A DNA stretch of 64,000 nt, taken from NCBI GenBank assembly GCA_963747215.1, contig CAVVET010000029.1, forward strand, positions 320,115 to 384,114, written 5' to 3'. The position numbers were made by a program, and so were the translations under genes. How positions within the stretch are numbered: the first letter of the stretch is position 1; each line of letters opens with the position of its first letter. Origin of the DNA: an uncultured Acidimicrobiales bacterium. GTDB lineage: Bacteria; Actinomycetota; Acidimicrobiia; Acidimicrobiales; DATKAS01. This document shows, one piece after another, positions 9,216 to 19,729 of the stretch. The notes beneath the pieces were generated by a model that saw only the letters and a list, made by a program, of their open reading frames with translations, searched no databases and had not been told where the DNA came from.

Positions 9216-9673
9216 TACTGCTCGACTCGAGCCTTCAGCTCCAAGAGGCTGTGCAGGATGCGCACCTCGGCTCGCCGCTTCACGAAGCCGGGCAAGGGAA
9301 CGACGACTTCGACGCTGAGGTCGTAGGTGACGTCAGTGGAGCCGGGGCTCATCACTGACGGGACGAACTGGTAGTAGCCCTCGAGCGTCTTCATGATGTC
9401 GCCCTGCACGAGCGACCAGGCGAGGCGCTCGGGGGCGCCGGAGTAGTCGTACTGCAGCGTGTAGTTCGCGCTGCGACCCATGGCTGCGGCCGTGAACTCG
9501 ACCTCGCTCGGACGGTCGTTCTCGTCGCGACTGAGCACGACGGCGCGCTTGATGTCCTTCGCCCACTCGGGATAGCGCTCGAACTCGAGCGCGACATCCC
9601 AACATTCCTGCGGCGGAGCGTCGATCGTGATGCGCTCGGTCGCCTGATCCGTCATCCCTGCATTCTGCTCCAT
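9215..9673 (-). CDS. SRPBCC-fold protein (polyketide cyclase/dehydrase-like)
   Basis: 152 aa. ITIDAPPQECWDVALEFERYPEWAKDIK... is a typical START/SRPBCC N-terminal pattern. Its stop overlaps the ArsA start by 1 nt. Confidence 0.65.
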   Translation of the reverse strand: MEQNAGMTDQATERITIDAPPQECWDVALEFERYPEWAKDIKRAVVLSRDENDRPSEVEFTAAAMGRSANYTLQYDYSGAPERLAWSLVQGDIMKTLEGYYQFVPSVMSPGSTDVTYDLSVEVVVPLPGFVKRRAEVRILHSLLELKARVEQ

Positions 9674-10099
9674 CTACCCCTCGGGCTCGAAGCCTGACAC
9701 CGCCCTCGGGGGGAACGATCCGTGGTAGGCGCCCCACAGCCCACAGAGGCCCAAGCCGTACAGCGGGACGAGCATCCCGAAGGCCAGGCTCGTGAACGGC
9801 CTCGCCGACGCGGTGGCGAACGCAACGACGACCTCGACGCCGAGAGAACCGAGGAGATGGACCTGCACCGCGCGCGGTGCGGATCCGGCGAGGAAGTACA
9901 GGCCGCCGATCCCGATGTCGACTTCGCGGCTCCGGCCGACTGCATGCACGAAGGCGACGAGAAACACCACCGTGCCGACTGCGAACAGGACGAGGGCGAC
10001 CGCGAGCGCGACCACCTCGAACGTGTCGGGGGAGATCGCGGCCGCCACGGCCGTGACGGCGAACACGGCGGTGCCCGCCCACGAGGCTCTGACGATCAC
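9674..10099 (-). CDS. small integral membrane protein (about 4 TM, 141 aa)
   Basis: GTG at 10099, 14 nt after the GT4 stop. Hydrophobic blocks AGTAVFAVTAVAAAI, VVALAVALVLFAVGTVVFLVAFV, LLGSLGVEVVVAFA, LAFGMLVPLYGLGLCGLWGA. The upstream part of ORF 9674..10549 is Arg/Ser-rich noise overlapping the GT4 gene. Confidence 0.55.
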   Translation of the reverse strand: MIVRASWAGTAVFAVTAVAAAISPDTFEVVALAVALVLFAVGTVVFLVAFVHAVGRSREVDIGIGGLYFLAGSAPRAVQVHLLGSLGVEVVVAFATASARPFTSLAFGMLVPLYGLGLCGLWGAYHGSFPPRAVSGFEPEG

Positions 10100-10112
10100 C
10101 TGGGCCCGACGA

Positions 10113-11229
10113 TCATCGGAGGGTGAGCGCGTCAGCGAGCCGAGCGGCGAGCTTGTCGTAGTCGAACTCGGCAACGGCGCGATCGCGCGCGGCGCGGCCC
10201 ATCCGTGTCCGTACGTCGGGGTCGTCGACAAATGGCGCGAGCGCAGCTGCGACCGCGATCGGGTCGTCACCGTGAACGACACGACCGGTGACGCCGTCGA
10301 CGACGGCCTCGTCGGAGCCTCCGCTGTGGCCCGCGACTTGCGGGATGCCGCAAGCCGCTGCTTCGAGGAAGACGATGCCGAAGCCTTCTTGTTCGAGGCC
10401 GAGCCATCGGTCGCGACAGAGCATCGCGAACACATCGGCGGCCCCGTAGAGCGAGGGCAGGTCCGCGTCCGGAACTCGTCCGAGGAAGCGCACCGGGGCC
10501 CCCTCGCGACGAGCGAGCCGGGCGAGCCGGGCCGCGTCACGCCCCCCACCCGCGATGGCGAGCTCGACGCCGGGTCGGGTCGCCCCGAGACGTGTTCCGG
10601 CTCGGACCAGCGTGTCGAAGCCTTTCCGTGGCACGAGCCTGCTCACACCGAGCACGACGCAGGAGGCGGCGCTCAAGCCGAAGCGGGCACGAGCAGACGC
10701 ACGCTCGTCCGCGTCGAGCGGCCGGAAGCGCTCGGCATCGACACCCGGTGGGACGACCACGATGGGCAGGTCCGCGCCCCCTGCGCGTCGGGCTTGCTCC
10801 GCGGGATACCCGCCGGCGGCGACGATGACGCGGGCACCCCGCAGCACCGAGCGCAGCACAGATCGACTCACGGGGAGGCGCCCTGGCACCGTGACCTCAG
10901 CGCCGTGCAGCACCAACCCGTAGGGCTTGGCCAGCCGCGGTCCGAGCAGCCCGACCGGCAACGCGGGGTCGAGCATCACGAGATCGGCGGAGACATCACC
11001 CGCGAGCTGGTCGATGCGACGAGCGAGCCCAGGAGTGGGAAGCAACACGCGGTCGCGGTCGCGCACCACACGAAACGGCTGCTTCGCATCCCACGCCGCG
11101 GCGTCGCGATGGGGTGTCGGTGAGGACGGTGATCTCGTCGGCAGGCAAACGCCGCCACAGCTCCCAGAGGTACGCCTGGATGCCGCCATGCTTGGGCGGG
11201 AAGTCGTTCGTGACGAGCAGATGGCTCAC
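10113..11229 (-). CDS. GT4 glycosyltransferase (PimB-like mannosyltransferase); one frame change
   Basis: The N-terminus VSHLLVTNDFPPKHGGIQAYLWELWRRLPADEITVLTDT is in ORF 10996..11313. It continues HRDAAAWDAKQPFRVVR... in ORF 10113..11189 after a -1 in the GGGG run at ~11112. C-terminal GT-B block EQEGFGIVFLEAAACGIPQVAGHSGGSDEAVVDGVTG. The GTG start overlaps the queG stop (GTGA). Confidence 0.8.
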
Positions 11230-12329
11230 AGCTCGGCGAGCACGAGCGCGCTCTGATCTCCCTCGACGAGCGCGAGGAGATCGATGCGTCCGAGCTGCGT
11301 GCACGCCCAGCACGCATGGGCGCGCAGGAGCTCGTCCGGGTCGGTGAGGTAGCGACGGAGCGTGATTTCGACCTCAGGATCACTGCCGTCGCCAACGTTG
11401 CCGAGGATCACGAGCGCGTTGCGACGGACGTAGCGAAGATCGCGGTCGGGGATGTACCAGCGTCCGTGCCGCGCGAGCAGCTCCTCGTCGGATGCGGCGA
11501 GCAGCTCGAGCACGTCGACGCCCCGATCGGGCTCGACGTCAGAAGCGGCCGAACCGCCGGACCGACGTCGATCGACGACGAGGTTCGGGGGGCACACCTC
11601 CTGGCACTCGTCGCAGCCGTACAGCCGATCACCCAGCGCCGCACGCGCCTCCACCGGGAACACCCCCGGCGCTTGGAGCAGCCAGGCGAGGCACCGGCGC
11701 GCGTCGACGACGCCCGCTTCGACGATGGCGCCGGTCGGACACGAGTCGATGCATCGGTGACACGATCCGCAGCCGTCGTCGACCGGCGCGCGGGAGGGCG
11801 TCAGCGGCGCGTTCGTCACTACGGAACCGAGCACGAACCACGACCCGCGTCCCGGCAGCAAGATGTTCGCGCTCTTCCCGTACCAGCCGAGGCCGGCGCG
11901 GTACGCCGCTTCTCGGTCGACGAGGGAGTTGTCATCCGCGATCACACGCGCTTTCCACCCGGCCGCCGTCAGGTGCGCGGCGACGGCGCCCAGCCCATCG
12001 GCGAGGAGTCGGTAGTGATCGCGTCGGGCGTAGCGGGCGACCGTCGCAGTGGGACGGTTCGACGGCGCCCGTCGTGGGCCTCCGCCATACGAGAGCGCTC
12101 CGACCACGATCGCACGCGCCCCATCGAGCGCCGCGCCGGGATCAGTGGAGCGAGCGGGGTTCTTGTAGGTGAACGCCATGCCGCCGTGCAGCCCGGCGGC
12201 CTTCCGCGATTCGAGCGCAGCGCGAGCGCGCGTGAACGGCCGCGCCGGTGCGACGCCGATCGCATCGAGGCCCGCGCCGCGCCCAGCCGCGAGAGCACCC
12301 TTCGTGAGTGAGCTCGTGGGCGCGCGCAC
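11226..12329 (-). CDS. queG: tRNA epoxyqueuosine(34) reductase
   Basis: Two ferredoxin-type clusters CGSCHRCIDSCPTGAI and CDECQEVCPPN, the GLGWYGK block, and a C-terminal HEAT-like region: QueG architecture. Confidence 0.85.
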   Translation of the reverse strand: MRAPTSSLTKGALAAGRGAGLDAIGVAPARPFTRARAALESRKAAGLHGGMAFTYKNPARSTDPGAALDGARAIVVGALSYGGGPRRAPSNRPTATVARYARRDHYRLLADGLGAVAAHLTAAGWKARVIADDNSLVDREAAYRAGLGWYGKSANILLPGRGSWFVLGSVVTNAPLTPSRAPVDDGCGSCHRCIDSCPTGAIVEAGVVDARRCLAWLLQAPGVFPVEARAALGDRLYGCDECQEVCPPNLVVDRRRSGGSAASDVEPDRGVDVLELLAASDEELLARHGRWYIPDRDLRYVRRNALVILGNVGDGSDPEVEITLRRYLTDPDELLRAHACWACTQLGRIDLLALVEGDQSALVLAEL

Positions 12330-12365
12330 CCGCGCACGGTACCCGGCCGTCGCCGTCGAGCCGGC

Positions 12366-12557
12366 TCAGCGGGCCACATGTCGGAGCGGTGGGACGAGGC
12401 CGGCCTGACCGAGCAGCCTCACCGTGCGAGCGGTCTCGAGATCGAGCACGACCGCCCCGCGCTCGGACCGGTCGAGGAGGAACGTGACGACGCAGTCGTC
12501 GCACGTGTTCGTGTCGCGCATCGCGCACTCGTCACAGCTGATCGTGAACGTCTCCAC
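12366..12557 (-). CDS. small Cys-rich protein (63 aa)
   Basis: GTG at 12557 with GAGGAGG 5 nt upstream. VETFTISCDECAMRDTNTCDDCVVTFLL... (CxxC...CxxC). The rest of ORF 12366..13484 is off-frame noise over the NYN gene. Confidence 0.55.
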   Translation of the reverse strand: METFTISCDECAMRDTNTCDDCVVTFLLDRSERGAVVLDLETARTVRLLGQAGLVPPLRHVAR

Positions 12558-12621
12558 TGATCCTCCTCGTCTCTGGCTCCGCTGCGAGGAGTGTGCGCCG
12601 GGGGTGGGACATTCCCGACGG

Positions 12622-13866
12622 TCAGAGGATGGCGAGCAGCTGCTCCGCGGTGATGGTGTTGGCTCCGAGACGCCACGCTCCCTCGGTGACCTCCCGGTCC
12701 GACGACGCCACGACCACGGGCCGCTCACGCGGGATCGTCTGGACTCTGCGGAGGATCTCGTCGTCGGCGGTGACTCCGACGGGTGTGAACACGACACGGA
12801 ACGGCTGACCCTTCGACGCGCCGACATCACCTGACTCGGTGCCGTCGAACACGACCCACGACTCCACCCGTGTCCGTGCGTACAGCTCGGCGAGGCGGTT
12901 GAAGAGCCGTGCCCGCTGCTCGGCGAGGACCGGCAGGTCGGGCCAGCCCCGCATCGCGACGTTGTAGCCGTCGATCGCGAGCACGACGTGCCGGAGCGAG
13001 ACGAGGTAGCGAGCGGCCTCGACCGAGTCGTCGTGGACGCCCCCGGGCAACGGCGAGGGGCTCCGCCGAGCGTGCTTCTCCTTGCGCAGGCGACGCTCCG
13101 AGGTGGGTCGCGACGAGGTCGGCGCCGGATCATCCGCGGGCAGGTCGGCCTCGATCGACTGCAGCGCACGCTCGAGCGCGGCCAACGCGCCGTGCGCACT
13201 GCCGAGCGCGGCGACGATGCCGCTCGCATCAAAGGGGTCGGGCGGGGCCTCCGCGGGCGACTGCTGCGGGTCCGACTGTTGCATGTCAGCGAGTGCACGC
13301 TGCAGGTCCGAGCGCTCCTCGCCCCAGCTGGTGCTCGCCTCTTCGAGCTCGCGCACGCGCACCCGTAGGTTGTCGATCTCCCACGTGAGGCTGTGCGCCG
13401 TCGTGTCGGCTTGACGCCGGGCGGCTCGCTCTTGCTCGAGGGTGGCGCGGACGCGTTCGAGCTCCGCCGTGATCTCTTGCACACGCCCTTCGGCCTTCTC
13501 GCGCGCTTGCTCGGCGGCCTTCAGCTTGCGCTGCGCGCTCTTCTCCGCCCTCGCCTCACGACTGTCGTCGAGCGCCTTCGCCTCCTCTACCGCGAGCAGC
13601 TCGAGCTCTTCCTCCCAACCGTCGGGCCGCGTGAGAAGGAGCACCGACGGTCGGTCGACCGCGTCGAGGTTGACGGACTCGGCCACTCGCTTGCGAAATG
13701 CGTCGTCGGTGTCGAGCACCTTGCGCACGACCGGCATCGCCGCCGGCGGCATCTTCTGGAAGTTCAGGAACTTCTGCAGGGGCTTGGGAGCATTCGCGCG
13801 GTCGGCGATCGCGACGATCAACGCGGCCTCGAGCGCCGTGCGTACGAGCTCGTTCGGGATCGTCAC
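12622..13866 (-). CDS. NYN/PIN-like nuclease-domain protein with central coiled coil
   Basis: The C-terminal VVLAIDGYNVAMRGWP...VVFDG...VVFTPVGVTADDEI...VVVASSDREV matches the YacP/NYN pattern. The middle section is Glu/Arg/Ala coiled coil. Confidence 0.6.
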   Translation of the reverse strand: MTIPNELVRTALEAALIVAIADRANAPKPLQKFLNFQKMPPAAMPVVRKVLDTDDAFRKRVAESVNLDAVDRPSVLLLTRPDGWEEELELLAVEEAKALDDSREARAEKSAQRKLKAAEQAREKAEGRVQEITAELERVRATLEQERAARRQADTTAHSLTWEIDNLRVRVRELEEASTSWGEERSDLQRALADMQQSDPQQSPAEAPPDPFDASGIVAALGSAHGALAALERALQSIEADLPADDPAPTSSRPTSERRLRKEKHARRSPSPLPGGVHDDSVEAARYLVSLRHVVLAIDGYNVAMRGWPDLPVLAEQRARLFNRLAELYARTRVESWVVFDGTESGDVGASKGQPFRVVFTPVGVTADDEILRRVQTIPRERPVVVASSDREVTEGAWRLGANTITAEQLLAIL

Positions 13867-14129
13867 GGCGAATCGGCGGTCTCGCCGTCAGGGAGGACCT
13901 GCACCGACCCGGCGGGGCCACACCACCGGCACGTCACGGACTCCACGGCCTCCTCGAGCACCTGCTCGTCCTCGATCGACAGCTCGCCCGACACGGCGAA
14001 GTGGTGAAACGCCGTCGTCCGTCGGGTGGTCACCACGTCGAAGCGGGTGAGGTTCCCGCATGCCGCGCAGCGGTAGCGGGTGGCCGACACGGCGCTCACC
14101 CTACCCTGTGCCTCCCCGCGCCCGAACAC
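13863..14129 (-). CDS. small zinc-ribbon protein
   Basis: YRCAACGNLTRFDV ... VTCRWCGPAG (two CxxC pairs). The stop overlaps the NYN gene start (GTGA). The true start may be the internal GTG at ~14096. Confidence 0.5.
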   Translation of the reverse strand: MFGRGEAQGRVSAVSATRYRCAACGNLTRFDVVTTRRTTAFHHFAVSGELSIEDEQVLEEAVESVTCRWCGPAGSVQVLPDGETADSP

Positions 14130-14170
14130 GTGTTCTTGTCATCGAACGTCTGTTCCCTTATCGTCGATCC

Positions 14171-15848
14171 GTGCAACGCACCTTTGACGACCTCGGCACA
14201 CCGCTCTCGCAGGTGACGTTCTGCGTCGTCGACCTCGAGACGACGGGCGGCTCGGCCGATCGTTGCGGCATCACCGAGGTCGGCGCCGTCAAGGTGTGCG
14301 GCGGCGAGTTCCTCGGCACGTTTCAGTCGCTCGTGAACCCCGGCGTGCCGATTCCGCCGGAGATCACAGTGCTCACCGGCATCACGCAGGCGATGGTGAT
14401 ACCCGCACCCCGCATCGAGCCGGTGCTGGCCGCGTTCGAAGAGTTCAGCGCGGGCACCGTCATCGTCGGCCACAACGTGCGATTCGATCTCTCCTTCTTG
14501 GCCGCGGCACGCCGTGCCTCGGGATGGGCCCCGATGACGAACCCGTGGGTCGACACGTGCGCGCTCGCTCGCCGGCTCGTGCGTGACGAGGTGCCGAACT
14601 GCCGGCTGTCGACGTTGGCCAGTCGCTTCCGCCTGTCACATCAGCCATCGCACCGCGCGCTCGACGACGCGCTCGCGACGACCGACTTGCTGCACCTGTT
14701 GCTCGAGCGCGCCGCGGCGTTCGGCGTGCTCGGCCTCGACGACTTGCTCGCGCTTCCCGCATCAACGGCCATCCGCAGGCGGCGAAGCTGCGACTCACCG
14801 ATCGGCTCCCCCGCCGGCCCGGCGTGTACCTGTTTCGTGACGCCGGTGGCCGGCCGTTGTATGTCGGCAAGGCGACGAACCTTCGTCAGCGAGTCCGCTC
14901 GTACTTCTCGAGCGACGATCGACGCAAGATCGGTCAGCTGCTCCGCGAGACGCAGCAGATCGACCACATCCAATGCACCGGTCCGCTCGATGCCGCCGTG
15001 CTCGAGGTGCGGCTCATCCATCGTCTGCAGCCTCGCTTCAACCGCCAGGGCAAGCAGTGGGGCAAGTACAGCTACGTGAAGCTCACACTGAACGAGCGAT
15101 TCCCGCGCCTCGCGGTCGTGCGCCAGGCCAAGGCCGACGGGGCGAGGTACGTCGGGCCGCTGCCCTCTGCCGGCGCGGCGCGGCGTGTCGTCGAGGCGAT
15201 CGAGACCGTGATGCCGTTGCGGCGATGCACGGCGAACCCGGCGAAGGGCGACCGGACCGCTCCCTGCGCGCCGGCACAGCTCGGGGTCGCCACCTGTCCG
15301 TGCTCGGGAGCGATCTCCGAAGCGGACTACCGGGTGATCGTCGACCGTACGGAACGCGGGCTGACGGTCGATCCGGAAGTGCTGCTCGACCCGTTGCGCG
15401 GGCAGATGACGGCGCTCGCCGACGCGGAGCGCTTCGAGGAGGCGGCCGACGTCCGTGACCGTGCTGGAGGCGCTGGCGGGCGCGCTCCGTCGACAGCGGC
15501 ACATCGACCAGCTGCGGCACGCGGGCACTGTCGTGGTGGAGCGACCGGGCGCGTTTCGTGCGGAGGTGCGCGACGGGGTGCTGCTCGGGTGCTGGCCGGT
15601 CGACGCCGATCCGACCCTGGCGGGCCTCGACGGTCTCGAGCACCCACCCGCCGGACCGGCGGCAGGCCTGCCGCTGCCCGCAGATCTCGTCGACGAGATG
15701 GGCTGCATCGCCCGATGGCTCGACGCCGAAGCGGAGCGCGTCCGGGTGGTCCACTGCGAAGGGGGCCTCGCGTCCGGCGTTCCCGCCCATCGCGTCCATG
15801 TCGCCGCGGGTGCGAAACCGCAACCACGGCTTCGACCGCGCTCGCTAG
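14171..15848 (+). CDS. DEDD (DnaQ-like) 3'-5' exonuclease fused to GIY-YIG nuclease domain (Rv2191-like); 2-3 frame changes
   Basis: FCVVDLETTGG (Exo I), IVGHNVRFDLSFL (Exo II), HRALDDALATTDL (Exo III). After a frame change at ~14760: INGHPQAAKLRLTDRLPRRPGVYLFRDAGGRPLYVGKATNLRQRVRSYF (GIY-YIG). Second change at ~15462 into ORF 15455..16213. The 3' end is uncertain, and I placed it at TAG 15846-15848, 10 nt before the next start. Confidence 0.75.
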
Positions 15849-15858
15849 CCTGGTCCCC

Positions 15859-16431
15859 GTGGGAGCAGTCCTGTGGGCTGTGGGCATTGGCGTCGCTGCG
15901 TTCGTCGCGGTCAGCGTCCTGTTCGTGCGCAGCCTCCGTCACTCGAATCGCGTCGGCGTGCGCGGCAAGAGCTCCGCTCCGTTGCGCTGGCTGTTCGATC
16001 CATCGGGCTCTGCTCGCCTTCACCGCCGCTTGCGCCGCGTCGTGGCGTCCGTCCGCCCGTGGCTGCCTCGACGCACCCGGCGCAGCGAGGAGCAGTCGCC
16101 GATCGCGCTCATGGCCAGCGACATCGAGCTGCACGCAGTGGTGCTCGACCGAGACGTCGTCACTGCATCGCGGGCGGCGTCCTCGCATCGCCGGATGCTG
16201 CTCGCCGAGCTGACGGAGCAAGTCGTCGGCCTCGAGTCGCTCGCGGCGCGAGTGGTCACCCTCGGCTCCGCGCAGCACCAGCTCACCGAGCCCACTCGGG
16301 AAGCGATCGCGCGGATGAACATGCAGCTCGATGCCCTCGAAGAGGCGCACGACGAGATCGCTCGCTTGGAAGCGTCGCTCGGTTGGGAGCCGCGCTGGCA
16401 GCCCGACCCTGGCCGCGACTCCACCGCGTAG
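15859..16431 (+). CDS. membrane-anchored hypothetical protein
   Basis: GTG at 15859. One N-terminal TM (VGAVLWAVGIGVAAFVAVSVLFV), then a basic and helical C-terminal region. It shares the frame of ORF 14824..16431 but is a separate gene. Confidence 0.45.
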   Translation: MGAVLWAVGIGVAAFVAVSVLFVRSLRHSNRVGVRGKSSAPLRWLFDPSGSARLHRRLRRVVASVRPWLPRRTRRSEEQSPIALMASDIELHAVVLDRDVVTASRAASSHRRMLLAELTEQVVGLESLAARVVTLGSAQHQLTEPTREAIARMNMQLDALEEAHDEIARLEASLGWEPRWQPDPGRDSTA

Positions 16432-16447
16432 TCGCGCCTCCTCTCGC

Positions 16448-17264
16448 TCAGGTGCGGTCGATCACCGCGCCCTGATGATCGAGTCCGAGCACGCGCGCCT
16501 GGCCGGTCGCCGGCAAGGCGGCCGCCACGTCGCGAGCCGTCTTCGGGTCGGCCATCGCCGCCACGGTCGGGCCCGAGCCCGAGAGCCACGAGCACCACGC
16601 GCCGGCCTCGACCGCGACGGCCATCGCGCGACGGCTCTCCGGAGCCGATGCCAGTCGGACGTCCTGATGGAGTCGATCGGCGGTGGCTGACCGCAGCGCG
16701 TTGCGGTCGCCTGCCGCGAGCGCCGCAACCAGCAACGCGGTGCGCCCGATGTTGAAGGACGCATCGGCGAGCGTCACTGACGACGGCAGGCGCCCTCGGG
16801 ACTCATCGGTCGACGTCTTCGCCGTCGGCACCCAGACCACGATCGCGGGTTCGAACCCGAGCGGGACCTTCACCGCGCGGCCGCCGGCAACGGCGACCAC
16901 CCCGCCGTAGAGCGACGCGGCCACGTTGTCCTCGTGGCCCTCGAGCACGGCCGCGCGCGCCAAGGTCTCCGACGCCAGCTCGGTGACCTCGGTGCAACCA
17001 CCGCGTCTGCTGGGCGAGGGCGGCGAGCACACCCGCCACACGTGCCGCTCCGGAGAAGCCGAGTCCGCGGCCCATCGGGATCTGCGACCGAACCGAGATC
17101 GGCCCCTCACCGCCGGCTGAGACGAAGGCGACGAGGGCAGGATGCCCATCCGCGAGGCCTTCGCCCTTTCCGAGCTTCACCTCGAGGTACATGCCGAGCG
17201 CGAGGCCGAGCGCGTCGAAGCCGGGACCGATGTTGGCCGACGACGCGGGGACCCGGACGAGCAC
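16448..17264 (-). CDS. thrB: homoserine kinase; one frame change
   Basis: VPASSANIGPGFDALGLAL and GHMP motif PMGRGLGFSGAA in ORF 16803..17264. Continues ...GGCTEVTELASETLARAAVLEGHEDNVAASLYGG in ORF 16448..17149. Frame change at ~17012. Confidence 0.85.
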
Positions 17265-17275
17265 GGAGGCGGAGG

Positions 17276-18583
17276 CTAGTGGCCTCCGACGTCGTCGCCG
17301 TTGAGACGACTGAGCGCGTCAGCGATCACCGCGCCGCCTTCCTCGGCCTCTTCGAGCGTGATCGACAGCGGAGGCGCGACGCGCAAGCAGTTGCCGTACA
17401 GACCGCCCTTGCCGACGAGCACCCCGTTCGCCTTGCACGCTTCGAGGCACGCCGCCGCGCGTCGTGGGCTCGGCGTCGTGCCGTCTTCCTCGACGAGCTC
17501 GATGCCGATCATCAACCCGCGACCTCGCACCTCGGCCACCGTTGACAACCGGTCGGCGAGGGGCCGCAGCCGTTCGAGGAGGTACGACCCGACTCGGAGC
17601 GCGTTGCCCTGCAGGTCGTTGTCGAGCAGGTAGTTCAGGTTCGCGAGCGCGCCGGCGGTCGCGAGAGGGTTGCCGCCGAACGTCGAGAGCGAGTTCGCGT
17701 TCAGCGAATCCATGAGGTCGGCGCGGGCGACGAGACCGGCGATCGCGAGTCCGTTGCCGAGACCCTTCGCGAACGTCAGGGCGTCGGGCACGACACCGTG
17801 CGCTTCGTAGCCCCAGAAGTGCTCGCCGGTGCGACCCCAACCCGTCTGCACCTCGTCGGAGATGAAGAGGATCTCGTACTCGTCGAGCACCTTCTTCATC
17901 GCGCCGAAGAAGCCGTCGGGCGGTACGCAAAAGCCCCCCACACCTTGGATCGGCTCGACGATCATCGTGGCGACGTCACCCGAGGTCGTGGTCTCGATGA
18001 CGTTGCGCAGGTCGTCGGCGCACGCGTCGATGAAGCCGGCGTCGTCGAGGTTGCCGAACGGTGAGCGCAACCGGTACCCGTTGTGCACGTAGTGCACGCT
18101 GAACGGGCTCAAGCTCGACGGCGACCAGCCGCGGTTGCCGGTGATGCCGATCGTGGCGAACGACCGACCGTGATAGCTGTTTCGCAGCGCGATCACCTGG
18201 TTCGATCGCCGGTACGAGGACGCGAGGAGCAGTGCGGTCTCGTTCGCCTCCGAGCCCGAGTTGACGAAGAACACCTTCGCGTCGGGGATGCCGGAGAGCC
18301 CCGCGATGCGCTCGGCCAGCTCCACCATCGGACGGATCAGGTAGAGCGTCGAGCTGTGCAGCATCTTGCCGGCCTGCTCGCGGATCGCGTCGACGACCTC
18401 AGGGACGGAGTGGCCCGTCATCGTGGTGAGGATCCCGCCGAACAAGTCCAGGTAGGTGCGGCCTTCGGCATCGGTGACGCGGCGGCCCGACCCGCTCACG
18501 AGCTCGATCGGCGACTCGTAGTAAAGGGTCAACCATGAGGGCATCACCGCACGGTGGCGGTGGAGCAGCTCGGAGCCGGCCAT
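17276..18583 (-). CDS. class III (omega/acetylornithine-type) PLP aminotransferase
   Basis: Intact 435 aa. FFVNSGSEANETAL, EPIQGVGG, LFISDEVQTGWGRTG, TFAKGLGNG (PLP lysine). Confidence 0.85.
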   Translation of the reverse strand: MAGSELLHRHRAVMPSWLTLYYESPIELVSGSGRRVTDAEGRTYLDLFGGILTTMTGHSVPEVVDAIREQAGKMLHSSTLYLIRPMVELAERIAGLSGIPDAKVFFVNSGSEANETALLLASSYRRSNQVIALRNSYHGRSFATIGITGNRGWSPSSLSPFSVHYVHNGYRLRSPFGNLDDAGFIDACADDLRNVIETTTSGDVATMIVEPIQGVGGFCVPPDGFFGAMKKVLDEYEILFISDEVQTGWGRTGEHFWGYEAHGVVPDALTFAKGLGNGLAIAGLVARADLMDSLNANSLSTFGGNPLATAGALANLNYLLDNDLQGNALRVGSYLLERLRPLADRLSTVAEVRGRGLMIGIELVEEDGTTPSPRRAAACLEACKANGVLVGKGGLYGNCLRVAPPLSITLEEAEEGGAVIADALSRLNGDDVGGH

Positions 18584-18655
18584 GCCTTGCCTCCATCGTC
18601 GGTGCTCCGCGGGCTTCCGAGAGCGACGCGGGCTTATCAGGGCGGAGGGGGCTTG

Positions 18656-19707
18656 TCAGGGCAGTTGTGACGCGGCAACGAGCCGGTCGAGCGCCGCAGC
18701 CGCCCGGCCGTCGTCGATCGCCGCCTCCGCCTGGGCGATGCCGTCCGCGACCGCGACCGCGGTTCCGGCGGCGACCAGCGCCGCGCCGGCGTTCAGCACG
18801 ACGACGTCGCGGGCGGGTCCCCGGTCTCCGCCGAGCACCCCACGGGCGATCGCGGCGTTCGTCGCCGGGTCGCCGCCCCGCAGGTCCTCGGGCTTCGAGA
18901 GGGGGAGCCCGACGTCGGCTGGATCGAGGATCCACGTGCGCACGGCGCCGTCCGCGAGCTCGTGCACGGTCGACGTCGTGGTTGTCGTCAGCTCGTCGAG
19001 GCCATCGTGGCCGTGGACGAGCAGCACGTGCTCGGAGCCGCGCGCCGCGAGCACACCGAGCATGCGCTCGGCCATCGACGGGTCGCTCACGCCCACGAGC
19101 TGGCGACGCGCCCGCGCCGGGTTGGCCAAGGGGCCGAGAAAGTTGAACGCGGTCGGGATGCCGAGCTCACGGCGCGGCGGACCGGCGTGGCGAAGCGCCG
19201 GGTGGAAGTTCGGCGCGAAGCAGAACCCGATGCCGGCTCCGACGATGCAGCGCGTCACGCCCTCGGCGTCGAGAGCGAGGTTCACCCCGAGCGCCTCGAG
19301 GAGGTCGGCGGCGCCGCACGATGACGACGCGGCCCGGTTGCCGTGCTTGCACACCGGCACGCCCGTGCCCGCCACGACGAGCGCCGCCAACGTGGAGACG
19401 TTGATCGAATGGCTGCGATCGCCGCCGGTGCCGACGACGTCGACGAGTCGCGACTGCATCTCGAGGGGCACCTCGACGAGCGCCGCGACACCGAGCATCG
19501 CGTCGAGGAGCCCGTCGAGCTCGTCGACGGTCTCACCCTTCATGCGCAGCGCGACGGCAAACCCGGCGATCTGCGCGGGGCTCGCCGCGCCTTCCAGGAT
19601 CTCGGCCATCGCCGCGCGCCTTCGTCGTGGGTCAGGTCACCACCGGACGTGAGTCGGCCGAGCACCGTTCGCCATCCGCCCAGCGCTTCGAGGCTCGGTT
19701 CCCCCAC
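18656..19707 (-). CDS. trpD: anthranilate phosphoribosyltransferase; one frame change near the 5' end
   Basis: VDVVGTGGDRSHSINVST, CKHGNRAASS, FCFAPNFHPA. The true N-terminus VGEPSLEALGGWRTVLGRLTSGGDLTHDEA (GTG 19707, AGGAGG upstream) joins RAAMAEILEG after removing one base of a CC run at ~19620. Confidence 0.88.
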
Positions 19708-19729
19708 GGCCCCTCCTGGGACGGCTGGT

